NCBI GenBank assembly: GCA_049967475.1
Contig: JBMFSQ010000046.1
Coordinates: 1-15,715, forward strand
Direction: 5' to 3'
DNA length: 15,715 bases
Source: Chthonomonadales bacterium
GTDB taxonomy: Bacteria; Armatimonadota; Chthonomonadetes; Chthonomonadales; CAJBBX01
The translations under genes and the position numbers were made by a program. Each line of letters opens with the position of its first letter. The first letter of the stretch is position 1. Below are positions 1 to 7,095 of this stretch, one piece after another. The notes beneath the pieces were generated by a model. That model was given only the letters and a program-made list of their open reading frames with translations. It made no database searches and had not been told where the DNA came from.

Positions 1-60
1 TTGCGGGAGCTGGGGTGGGATGAGGAGGACGTGAGGAGAGCGCTTGCGCACGTGGGTTGA
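1..60 (+). CDS. 3' end of an upstream gene, partial (LRELGWDEEDVRRALAHVG*)
   Basis: Frame 1 is open from base 1 to TGA at 58-60 with protein-like composition. Too short to assign a function. Confidence 0.5.
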   Translation: MRELGWDEEDVRRALAHVG

Positions 61-219
61 CGGGTTGAGTTGATGCGCTCCTGGGGCGGTGCGGGTTGTG
101 CGGAATGGGATCTCACATTTCGGCGCCGGCGAGCGTTATAGGTAGTGAAAGCTTCTGTTGTTTGCGCCGCACAATCATGCGGAGCGGCGCAAATTGGCGA
201 GGAAAGGAGAGAATGCATT

Positions 220-468
220 GTGAGCAATTTGGTGCGGTATTTCGTGTATGGAGTTCTGTTGGCAATGCCGTTGGTGGTGCATGGCGGCCAGATTGGCGTG
301 CTCGCAGCGAGGGCCTGCGCGGGGAGCTATCCGCCGTGTTGCACGCCGCCTACTGGGCCGGACTGCTCGTATTGCAATACGCTGGCCTGCTGCCTCACGG
401 GGTGCGATTGCTGCACTGGGCCCGACCGTGCCACGTGTAGAACAGATTGCAACACCCAATGCCTGTAG
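220..468 (+). CDS. Small exported cysteine-rich peptide (82 aa; about 32-aa leader plus 50-aa core with 13 Cys)
   Basis: Lies within ORF 145..468. AGGAG at 205-209 precedes GTG at 220. Hydrophobic N-terminus (YFVYGVLLAMPLVV) and an A-R-A cleavage-like site, then CAGSYPPCCTPPTGPDCSYCNTLACCLTGCDCCTGPDRATCRTDCNTQCL. Confidence 0.8.
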   Translation: MSNLVRYFVYGVLLAMPLVVHGGQIGVLAARACAGSYPPCCTPPTGPDCSYCNTLACCLTGCDCCTGPDRATCRTDCNTQCL

Positions 469-700
469 GCAGTGGATCAAACCTGGAACCAGGTGTTCCC
501 GCCAACGGGAGGCGGCCGGCGTGTCTGGGGCGCGCGGCCCAAGGTCCGGCAGCTCCCTCGTCCGGCTGCCCCGCACTGCTGACGGGCTCTCGGGGCCGGC
601 CTGTGCAGGAAACACAGGCGCCGCGCCGAATTCGGATGAGGTCCCCGGGCAGGACGGCCTTGGCCCGCTCCCGCCCGCTCCATCCCGGGGAGGATGAACC

Positions 701-1255
701 ATGGTCGTAGTGAAGAAGCCGGGCCAACCCGCCAAGAGGAGCGCCGCCGGGCATCAACGGCCCGGATGGCTCATCGTCCTCGCTGCGGGCATTCTCGTCA
801 CCATCGTTGCAGGGCTCCTCTACACCCACCCTTGGCACCGATACTCCCCGGCGTTGCTCCGGGAGGCGCGCGACGCGGGCACGCAGCCGTGGAAATTGGA
901 GAACTTCTACAGGATCGTGGACTTGGTGGACCGCCGCCAGCCGGTAGGTCCAGGAGACTGGGGGCTCCTGGTGCGCCTGGCGGGCGATCCCAGCTCCGAC
1001 ATGCGGCAGCTATCCCTGGGTCTGATGGCGCACCTGGGTTACACCGGGCGCCGCAGCGAGATCATCGCCATCGCTAAGGCCCATCTGGAGGACCCCAACC
1101 CCGCCCCTCGCTCTTCGGCCCTCATCGCGCTGTGGCGCATGGATGACCCGGTGTGGCGTCAGAAGGTCCGGGAGTGGGCGAATTCTCCGGACCCGTTGGT
1201 GCAGCACACGGTGCATTTGCTTTTGGAGCGGGCGAATCGGGGAAGGGCCCAATGA
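701..1255 (+). CDS. Single-pass membrane protein with HEAT/PBS-lyase-like repeats (184 aa)
   Basis: GGAGG at 689-693. Basic N-terminus, TM segment WLIVLAAGILVTIVAGLLY, then repeats LAGDPSSDMRQLSLGLMAHL, LEDPNPAPRSSALIALWRM and ANSPDPLVQHTVHLLL. Its stop overlaps the next ATG (ATGA). Confidence 0.8.
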   Translation: MVVVKKPGQPAKRSAAGHQRPGWLIVLAAGILVTIVAGLLYTHPWHRYSPALLREARDAGTQPWKLENFYRIVDLVDRRQPVGPGDWGLLVRLAGDPSSDMRQLSLGLMAHLGYTGRRSEIIAIAKAHLEDPNPAPRSSALIALWRMDDPVWRQKVREWANSPDPLVQHTVHLLLERANRGRAQ

Positions 1256-1899
1256 GGGTGCGTATGCGGCGAGGGTTCACGTTGGTGGAGTTGCTGGTGG
1301 TCATCGGGATCATCGCGGTGTTGGCTGCGTTGCTGTTTCCGGTGTTTGCGCAGGTTCGTCGCAGGAGCCAGGTGGCCCAGTGCACTTCGAACCTGCACCA
1401 GCTTGGGCGAAGCATCGCCATGTATGCGGCGGACTATGACGACCTGCTGCCCTATGCGCCGGATCCGGCGGCGCGGGCGGCAGCCGATCCAGGTTCCAGT
1501 GATCCGCTCCAGCAGCTTAGGGCGCGGTTCTCGTATGATGTTCGGTGGGTCTTGCGGCCCTACGGGGCGACCCAGGCTTTGTACTGGTGCCCTCTGGATC
1601 GAAACTGGATATTCTACGTAGAGCCCGGCCACAAGCCCACGTATTTCGAAGAGTTCGGCTCCAGCTACTGGTATGGGGACGTGTGGGCGTTCAGAGGTTA
1701 TACTCTCGGCGGCTTCAGCCGGCCTTCAGAGACGCTTCTCATGTCCGACCAGGCTTATGACCATTATGGTTCGCCGTTTGAAGGGACCGATGCGGAGGAT
1801 CATGGACGGTTTCGGAAGAATGCGCTCTTCGCGGATCTGCACGTAAAGGAGCACACCTGGGACCAGTTCAAAACATTCGACACCGGGGTAGGGTTGTAA
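1252..1899 (+). CDS. Prepilin-type N-terminal cleavage/methylation domain protein (DUF1559 / H-X9-DG-like family, 215 aa)
   Basis: RRG|FTLVELLVVIGIIAVLAALLFPVFAQVR type III signal motif, CTSNLHQLG and MYAADYDD motifs, a CP motif, and C-terminal NALFADLHVK. ATG at 1252 overlaps the upstream stop. Confidence 0.9.
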   Translation: MRVRMRRGFTLVELLVVIGIIAVLAALLFPVFAQVRRRSQVAQCTSNLHQLGRSIAMYAADYDDLLPYAPDPAARAAADPGSSDPLQQLRARFSYDVRWVLRPYGATQALYWCPLDRNWIFYVEPGHKPTYFEEFGSSYWYGDVWAFRGYTLGGFSRPSETLLMSDQAYDHYGSPFEGTDAEDHGRFRKNALFADLHVKEHTWDQFKTFDTGVGL

Positions 1900-1965
1900 G
1901 GGCGCGCGTCCAGCCCGCCCCTTAGCGGTCGGCAGGCACCCGGGGATGGCACGGATGCCGCTTTG

Positions 1966-3585
1966 CTATCGGGTGCGGACTGTGGCCACCACGGACATCC
2001 CGGCCCGCAGGCGATCCATCCCCGGCTGGTTCGGGTCCAGCACAATCTTTACGGGGATGCGCTGAACCACTTTGGTAAAGTTCCCCGTAGCGTTGTCGGG
2101 TGGGATGAGGGCGAAGGTGGCTCCGGTGGCCGCCGAGATGCTGTCCACGTGTCCATGAAAGACGCGGCCGGGGAAGGCGTCCACGGTTACTTCGGCGGGA
2201 GATCCGGCGTGCATGTGGGTGAGTTGTGTTTCTTTGAAGTTTGCCCACACCCAAACGTCGTTCTGGGGCACGAGGGCCATAAGAGGCGTTCCCGGCTGAA
2301 CGAGGTTGCCTACCTCCACAGTTTTCTTGCTCACTCGCCCGCCAACCGGGGCGTAGATGCGGGTATATCCGAGCTGGATTTGGGCGGCGCGGAGGGCGGC
2401 TTGGGCCTGTTCGATGCGCGCCTGGGCCTGGGCGGCTGCCGTGCGGGACACGGCCACTTGTTTCGGCGCGGTGCGGGCGGCTAGGAGCAGTCCTTGCGCT
2501 TGGCTTGTGCGGGCTCGGGCCACTTCTACGGCCCTGTCGGCTGCGGATTTGGCGGCCCGCGCCTGTTTGACCGCTGCCTGAGCCGCGGCCACCTGTTCTT
2601 GCGCAGCTTTGAGGATGGCCCGAGCTTGGCTGATGCCTGCCTCGGCGATGCGGAGCTGCTGCCGGGCGGCATTTACGTCGGCCTGGCGTTGAGCGGCTAC
2701 CGCCTGGGCCTGGGCAAGCTGCTGGCGCGCAGCTTCCAACTGCGCAGTCGCCGTGTCTGCCGCGGCTGTGGCTGCATCTGCTGCCTGGGCGCTGATGGCT
2801 CCCTGTTGAGCCAGTTGTGTGTAGCGCTGTTGATCTCTTAGAGCTTTGGTGGCTGCTGCCTGGGCTGCCTGTACGTTTGCCTGGGCGGCCTTCACCGCAG
2901 CTTGGGCCGTGTCCCATGCGGCCTGGGCGGAGGTGAGGGCGTCTGAAGCACGCTGGCGGGCGGCAACGGCAGTGTCCAGCCCGGCCCTAGAGTTCGCCTC
3001 ATTGGCTCGCGCGGCGCCCAAGGCGGCGAGGCTTCCGGTGATGGAGGCGGCCGCGCGAGCGGCATCAGCTTGCGCGCTGGCCACGCTGCTCATGGCTTGC
3101 TGCACTCCAGCCTGGGCCTGTATCACCTGCGCGCCGCCGGTTTGCTGCGTCACAGCGACGGTGACACCGGCGCCTTTGGCCTGGGCAATGGCTGCATCCA
3201 GATTTGCGCGTGCCTGTTCCACGTTGGCGCGGTAGGTGGCGTCATCCAGCACCACCAGCAGATCTCCCTTGCGCACCACCTGGTTATCCGTAACGGCCAC
3301 CCGAACCACGGTTCCGCTCACCTGCGGCGAAATCTGGATTACGTCCGATGCCAACTGGGCGTCGTCCGTGGCTTCATGAGTGGCGGAATATCGGTAGTAG
3401 CGCAGACCCAGGATTGCCGCAGCGGCAAAAACGAGCGCGAGGGCGGCGAAGGTCAGGGGCCGGGTGACGCGGCGCGCGGCCGTTGGAGGCTCCTGGACAG
3501 GGGCAACTCCCGCACCGTTACCGGATCCGACGGCGCCTTGTTCGGGGGTTTGTTCCGTGGTTGGGGCAATGGGTGTGTCGGCCAT
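1966..3585 (-). CDS. HlyD/EmrA-family membrane fusion (periplasmic adaptor) protein with a long Ala/Gln coiled coil
   Basis: N-terminal TM, ATDDAQL, ISPQVSGTV...VRKGDLLVVLD lipoyl half, YTRIYAPVGG, and ANFKETQL and IPPDNATGNFTKVVQRIPVKI EmrA signatures. GAGGAGG SD at 3594-3600. Confidence 0.93.
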   Translation of the reverse strand: MADTPIAPTTEQTPEQGAVGSGNGAGVAPVQEPPTAARRVTRPLTFAALALVFAAAAILGLRYYRYSATHEATDDAQLASDVIQISPQVSGTVVRVAVTDNQVVRKGDLLVVLDDATYRANVEQARANLDAAIAQAKGAGVTVAVTQQTGGAQVIQAQAGVQQAMSSVASAQADAARAAASITGSLAALGAARANEANSRAGLDTAVAARQRASDALTSAQAAWDTAQAAVKAAQANVQAAQAAATKALRDQQRYTQLAQQGAISAQAADAATAAADTATAQLEAARQQLAQAQAVAAQRQADVNAARQQLRIAEAGISQARAILKAAQEQVAAAQAAVKQARAAKSAADRAVEVARARTSQAQGLLLAARTAPKQVAVSRTAAAQAQARIEQAQAALRAAQIQLGYTRIYAPVGGRVSKKTVEVGNLVQPGTPLMALVPQNDVWVWANFKETQLTHMHAGSPAEVTVDAFPGRVFHGHVDSISAATGATFALIPPDNATGNFTKVVQRIPVKIVLDPNQPGMDRLRAGMSVVATVRTR

Positions 3586-3655
3586 TCGGTGACCCTCCTC
3601 TATTGCGGCGGGGTAACCCGGCTTCTTGCCGATCTGCCTTCAGCAGCGTGCCGGC

Positions 3656-4303
3656 TCATTCGGATGAAACCTCCTGGGCTCCGGGATCGGTGCGCCGCAG
3701 AAGCCCGTGCAAAAGCAGATCCGCCAGAGCAGACGCCCTGCGCTCCACGTCCTCGCGGTCCTCCAATTCAGGGGGGGCCAAGTTCATGGGGAGCAGGCTA
3801 TTGGTGGCGGTAATGAGGGCTTCCGCGGTGTGTTGCAGGTTTTTTGCGTCGAAGAGGCGTGCTTGGACGCCGTCGGCGAGGACGCGCTGGAAGATGCGTG
3901 CCTCTTCGGCAAGATACCGGCTCCGTCGCAGCATGAATGCCGGCCGCAGTTCGGACCAAAGTTCGTCGAGCATGTGGGCAACGTGCTGGACCGCATCGAA
4001 GCGGATCAGGATCCTTGCCACCAGCATCGCACGCAAGCGCTCGGCGGGTGGGGTGTGTGCGGAAGCAATTTCCTCCAGTTGTCGGAAGACGCGGGCGTTG
4101 GCGCGGTCGGCACAGGCGAGGGCGACCTCTTCTTTGCTGGGGAAGTAGAGGTAGATGGTGCCTTTCCCGATGCCGGCCTCGCGCGCCAGATCCTCCATGG
4201 TGGTTTTGCGGTAGCCGTAGCGCTGCATCAGGCGGATGGCAGCATCGAGGATCGTTTCGCGCATCTCCTGCCGTTTGGCGCCCGTTGGTGGGGAACCTCT
4301 CAT
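3656..4303 (-). CDS. TetR/AcrR family transcriptional regulator
   Basis: HTH ILDAAIRLMQRYGYRKTTMEDLAREAGIGKGTIYLYFPSKEE. Start placed at ATG 4303, downstream of the -10 element; ATG 4264 is an alternative. Confidence 0.92.
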   Translation of the reverse strand: MRGSPPTGAKRQEMRETILDAAIRLMQRYGYRKTTMEDLAREAGIGKGTIYLYFPSKEEVALACADRANARVFRQLEEIASAHTPPAERLRAMLVARILIRFDAVQHVAHMLDELWSELRPAFMLRRSRYLAEEARIFQRVLADGVQARLFDAKNLQHTAEALITATNSLLPMNLAPPELEDREDVERRASALADLLLHGLLRRTDPGAQEVSSE

Positions 4304-4309
4304 GACTGT

Positions 4310-4342
4310 TGACCGATTTGGTTTTCTGGTCACATTATACCA
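4310..4342 (-). promoter_or_regulatory. Extended -10 promoter (TGgTATAAT) of the tetR-hlyD unit, with a putative TetR operator TGACC-N13-GGTCA
   Basis: TATAAT at 4334-4339 (minus strand) with upstream TG. Inverted repeat TGACC 4310-4314 / GGTCA 4328-4332 covers the predicted start site. Confidence 0.65.
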
Positions 4343-4419
4343 TAGTGACGAAGCATCTGCGCCTTGGCTTGCGGGGGTGTGGCGGGGCGGTAGCTGAGTG
4401 AAGGATGGGCCGAAGAGCT

Positions 4420-4446
4420 TGGGGGCGCCGCTATGCGGCGCCCCCA
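4420..4446 (-). terminator. Perfect 12-bp GC hairpin downstream of the BON-like gene; likely terminator or 3' stabiliser
   Basis: TGGGGGCGCCGC-TAT-GCGGCGCCCCCA. The U-tract is poor on either strand. Confidence 0.55.
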
Positions 4447-4475
4447 CCATCATCATTCGGTTGCGTGATGCAGCG

Positions 4476-4718
4476 CTAGTGGCGCATCTCTACTTCCCAC
4501 ACCACATCCCGGATCCCTACATGCTGCCGGAGGACTTTGCGGATAATTTCGGCTTCATGCTCCAGGTCTACTTCGGGATGGGAATGGAGTTTGGACATAG
4601 TGCCTCGCAAATAACAAACCCCGTGGACTACGCGCACATCTACCTTGCTGGTATCCACGCTGCGCCGCGTAAGCTCGCGCTGCACCATTCTGGTTTGATG
4701 GGCATCTTCCATGGCCAT
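4476..4718 (-). CDS. Small hypothetical protein with a BON-like domain (80 aa)
   Basis: GGAGG at 4727-4731, 8 nt before ATG 4718. Helix followed by VDVRVVHGVCYLRG, then a helix and GIRDVVWEV; this resembles the BON pattern (GxVxLxG...GVxxV). Confidence 0.75.
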   Translation of the reverse strand: MAMEDAHQTRMVQRELTRRSVDTSKVDVRVVHGVCYLRGTMSKLHSHPEVDLEHEAEIIRKVLRQHVGIRDVVWEVEMRH

Positions 4719-4815
4719 GGCACTACCCTCCCCTGGAAGCGCATGAACCACAAGTTCCGAAAGCCGAAGGCGGGCGATGGATCCAGAGCAGCAATGCTCG
4801 CCTTCTTCCATTCAT

Positions 4816-4844
4816 TTAGACGAACCGGCGTTGGAAAGGGTTCA
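4816..4844 (-). promoter_or_regulatory. ECF sigma factor-type promoter TGAACC-N16-CGTCTAA
   Basis: Minus strand reads gTGAACCctttccaacgccggttCGTCTAAat, matching the AAC(-35)/CGT(-10) ECF consensus. Confidence 0.65.
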
Positions 4845-4871
4845 CGGAATGTGGCGCCCCTAAAGGGTTGT

Positions 4872-4905
4872 TCCACAAAGGGCGGGTTTCTTTGCCCATT
4901 GTGGA
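4872..4905 (-). terminator. Hairpin just downstream of the sensor kinase stop; possible terminator
   Basis: TCCACAA/TTGTGGA and GGGC/GCCC arms. No clear U-tract. Confidence 0.4.
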
Positions 4906-4923
4906 GGCGGGCACATGGGCGCA

Positions 4924-6390
4924 TCAGTTCAGGGCGAGGGGGAGTTCTACTGTGAAAACAGAACCTTTTCCGATCTCGCTCTGTACGGTGATGGTTCCGC
5001 CGTGGGCTTCTGCTGCCCACTTGGCGATATTGAGGCCCAATCCAACGCCGCCTGCATCTCGACTGCGGCCTGCATCCACACGATAGAAGCGGTCGAAGAT
5101 ATGGGGGAGGTGTTCGGGTGGAATGCCGGGGCCCGTGTCTTCAACGGCGATGAGGGCGGTTGGCGGCTTCTGGGGAACAGCGTCGGGCTTCGCCGCAGGC
5201 GCGGCCGCTGATGGGAGGCCGAGGGTGGTAACGCTAACCGTTACGGTGCCGCCGGCGGGTGTGTACTTGACGGCATTGTTTACCAGGTTGATGAGGATCT
5301 GCGGGAGCCAAAGCGGGTCGCCTTCGACCTCGGCTTCGACCATGGGACCGATCTCCAGGGACACGCCTCGGCGGCGGGCCAGGGGTTCCATTTGCTCATA
5401 GACGCTCATCACCATTTCGTGGAGAGCCACGCGTTCCCTGCGAACCTGGATCTGGTGTGCGTCGGCGCGTGCCAGGATGAGCAGATTCTCTACGATGGCC
5501 GACATCCGCTCGACTTCATCCACGATGGAGCGAAGGACGGCGCGGTACCCCTCGGGCGTGAGTTCCGCCATGAGGGCCACTTCTGCTTCTCCGCGGATTG
5601 AGGTGAGCGGCGTTTTGAGTTCGTGGGATGCATCGGCGCTGAATTGCTGGATCTGGCGAAAGCTGCGATCCAGTCTGGCGATCATTTCGTTGAAGGCGGA
5701 CGCTAGGCGGGCAATTTCGTCATCGGTGGCGGGCTCGGCGATGCGCCGGTCCAGGTTCGTGTGTTCGATGGCAAGGGCTGTGCGGGTAATTTCATCCACG
5801 GGGCGGAGGCTGCGCCCCACGAGGATCCATCCGCCCAGAAGAGACACGACGAATACCGAGGGTGTCAGCACCACGAGGATAAGAGATGCTCGCCGCAATG
5901 CATCGTCCACGCCTTCAAGGGAAGCGGCTGCCTGCACCAGGTAGGGCACGTCGTGGCCCATCTGTACGGGCACGGTCACCACGCGCACGGGATGCTCGCC
6001 TAGGTCGTAGAAGGTTTCGAAGGTCGTGCGTCCCTTGAGGGCATTTACACGGGCGTCCATGCTTGTGGGGAGAGTGTGGCTTGCCAGGCCGTCGGAGCGG
6101 TCTACAACATTGTTGTAGGCATCTACCACTTGAATTTGGCGGCTCCATTCCTGGAGTTCCTTGTTGAGGAAGCGAGGGCGTTCCGGCCGTGGCTGAAGAG
6201 AAGACTGGTACAGTTCCACCGCGATGCTGCGCGCGGTTTGGTCGGCGTAGTCTTCCAGGAGCTTGTCGGCCCGGGAGTGGAGGAAGCGGCGGAGAAGTAT
6301 GAGGGTGAGGGCGGCAAGCACGACGAGGGTAAGGGCCAGGAGGCCGGCATGCCACAGGGCGAGGCGTGCTCTAAGGCTGCGGGGTTTCAT
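4924..6390 (-). CDS. Sensor histidine kinase (2 TM, HAMP, HisKA, HATPase_c); CusS/heavy-metal-sensor-like
   Basis: H-box FSADASHELKTPLT, N-box NLVNNAVKYT, G1 VEDTGPGI, F-box IFDRFYR, G2 GGVGLGLNI. Overlaps the response regulator stop by 20 nt. Confidence 0.95.
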   Translation of the reverse strand: MKPRSLRARLALWHAGLLALTLVVLAALTLILLRRFLHSRADKLLEDYADQTARSIAVELYQSSLQPRPERPRFLNKELQEWSRQIQVVDAYNNVVDRSDGLASHTLPTSMDARVNALKGRTTFETFYDLGEHPVRVVTVPVQMGHDVPYLVQAAASLEGVDDALRRASLILVVLTPSVFVVSLLGGWILVGRSLRPVDEITRTALAIEHTNLDRRIAEPATDDEIARLASAFNEMIARLDRSFRQIQQFSADASHELKTPLTSIRGEAEVALMAELTPEGYRAVLRSIVDEVERMSAIVENLLILARADAHQIQVRRERVALHEMVMSVYEQMEPLARRRGVSLEIGPMVEAEVEGDPLWLPQILINLVNNAVKYTPAGGTVTVSVTTLGLPSAAAPAAKPDAVPQKPPTALIAVEDTGPGIPPEHLPHIFDRFYRVDAGRSRDAGGVGLGLNIAKWAAEAHGGTITVQSEIGKGSVFTVELPLALN

Positions 6391-7066
6391 GCTCGTCTTC
6401 CCGGCGCAGAACGTATCCCACGCCGCGAACGGTGTGGAGGAGCTTCACTGGGAAGCCGTGGTCAATCTTTTTGCGCAGGAAGTTCATGTACACGTCGAGT
6501 ACGTTGGATCCGCTGTCGAAGTCGTATCCCCACACCCCTTCCATCAAGGCAACGCGGGTAAGGACCTGCTCGGGACGCCGGATCAGCATCTCAAGGATGG
6601 CGTACTCTTTGTTGGTGAGGGTGATGGGTTTGCCTTCGCGTGTAACGCGGCGTGTGACGGGATCTACCACCAGTCCTGCATATTCCATTCGGGGCACCTG
6701 GCGGCTGGACGCCCTGCGCAGGAGGGCCCGCAGGCGGGCGAGCAGTTCGTCGAAGGCGAAGGGCTTCGGCAGGTAGTCATCACAGCCGCTATCCAATCCG
6801 GCGACGCGGTCGTCCAGGGTTGCGCGGGCGGTGAGGGCCAAAACAGGCACCGAGGAACCCCGCAGGCGCAGCCGGCTCACCACATCCAGGCCGTCCATGC
6901 CTGGCAGCATCAGGTCCAGAATGATGGCGTGGTATTCGGCATTGAGGGCCATTGCGAGGCCGTCCGGCCCGGTGGCGGCCCAATCCACCGTGTAGGCGGA
7001 CTGTTCGAGCCCTTTGCGAATGAAGCTTGCAACCTTTTCTTCGTCTTCGACCAGCAGGATACGCAT
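6371..7066 (-). CDS. OmpR/PhoB-family response regulator (CusR/CopR-like)
   Basis: MRILLVEDE, ILDLMLPGMDG, LTAR, DDYLPKPF, and winged helix with LLHTVRGVGY. GGAGG at 7072-7076 supports ATG 7066. Confidence 0.95.
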   Translation of the reverse strand: MRILLVEDEEKVASFIRKGLEQSAYTVDWAATGPDGLAMALNAEYHAIILDLMLPGMDGLDVVSRLRLRGSSVPVLALTARATLDDRVAGLDSGCDDYLPKPFAFDELLARLRALLRRASSRQVPRMEYAGLVVDPVTRRVTREGKPITLTNKEYAILEMLIRRPEQVLTRVALMEGVWGYDFDSGSNVLDVYMNFLRKKIDHGFPVKLLHTVRGVGYVLRREDEHETPQP

Positions 7067-7095
7067 AGGTGCCTCCGTGGCGTTCTCCAGGGGCA

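Noticed and set aside
112..142. Possible promoter for the peptide gene (CTCACA...TATAGG)
   Set aside because: Poor -35 match and a 19-bp spacer; not supportable.
280..318. Double-glycine leader (VVHGG|Q) or lipobox (AARA-C) reading of the peptide
   Set aside because: The leader is hydrophobic rather than the acidic ELSxxEL type, and no C39 peptidase ABC transporter is in the window. A-R-A-C does not fit the canonical [LVI][ASTVI][GAS]C lipobox. Neither reading is fully excluded.
96..440. Alternative ORF overlapping the Cys-peptide gene (including ATG 213)
   Set aside because: ATG 213 is only 3 nt from the SD and the product has no recognisable pattern. The 220-468 frame has a signal peptide and an ordered Cys pattern.
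248..838. ORFs crossing the 469-700 spacer (248..697, 447..710, 175..735, 395..838)
   Set aside because: Pro/Arg/Gly-rich products typical of high-GC shadow frames, overlapping better-supported genes.
1966..3585. HlyD protein as exporter of the neighbouring Cys-rich peptide
   Set aside because: It is on the opposite strand, has its own TetR control and carries EmrA (MFS-partner) signatures. The peptide appears Sec-targeted.
4304..4456. N-terminal extension of the TetR ORF in the ORF track
   Set aside because: It runs across the promoter, the operator and the upstream hairpin, so it is probably not translated.
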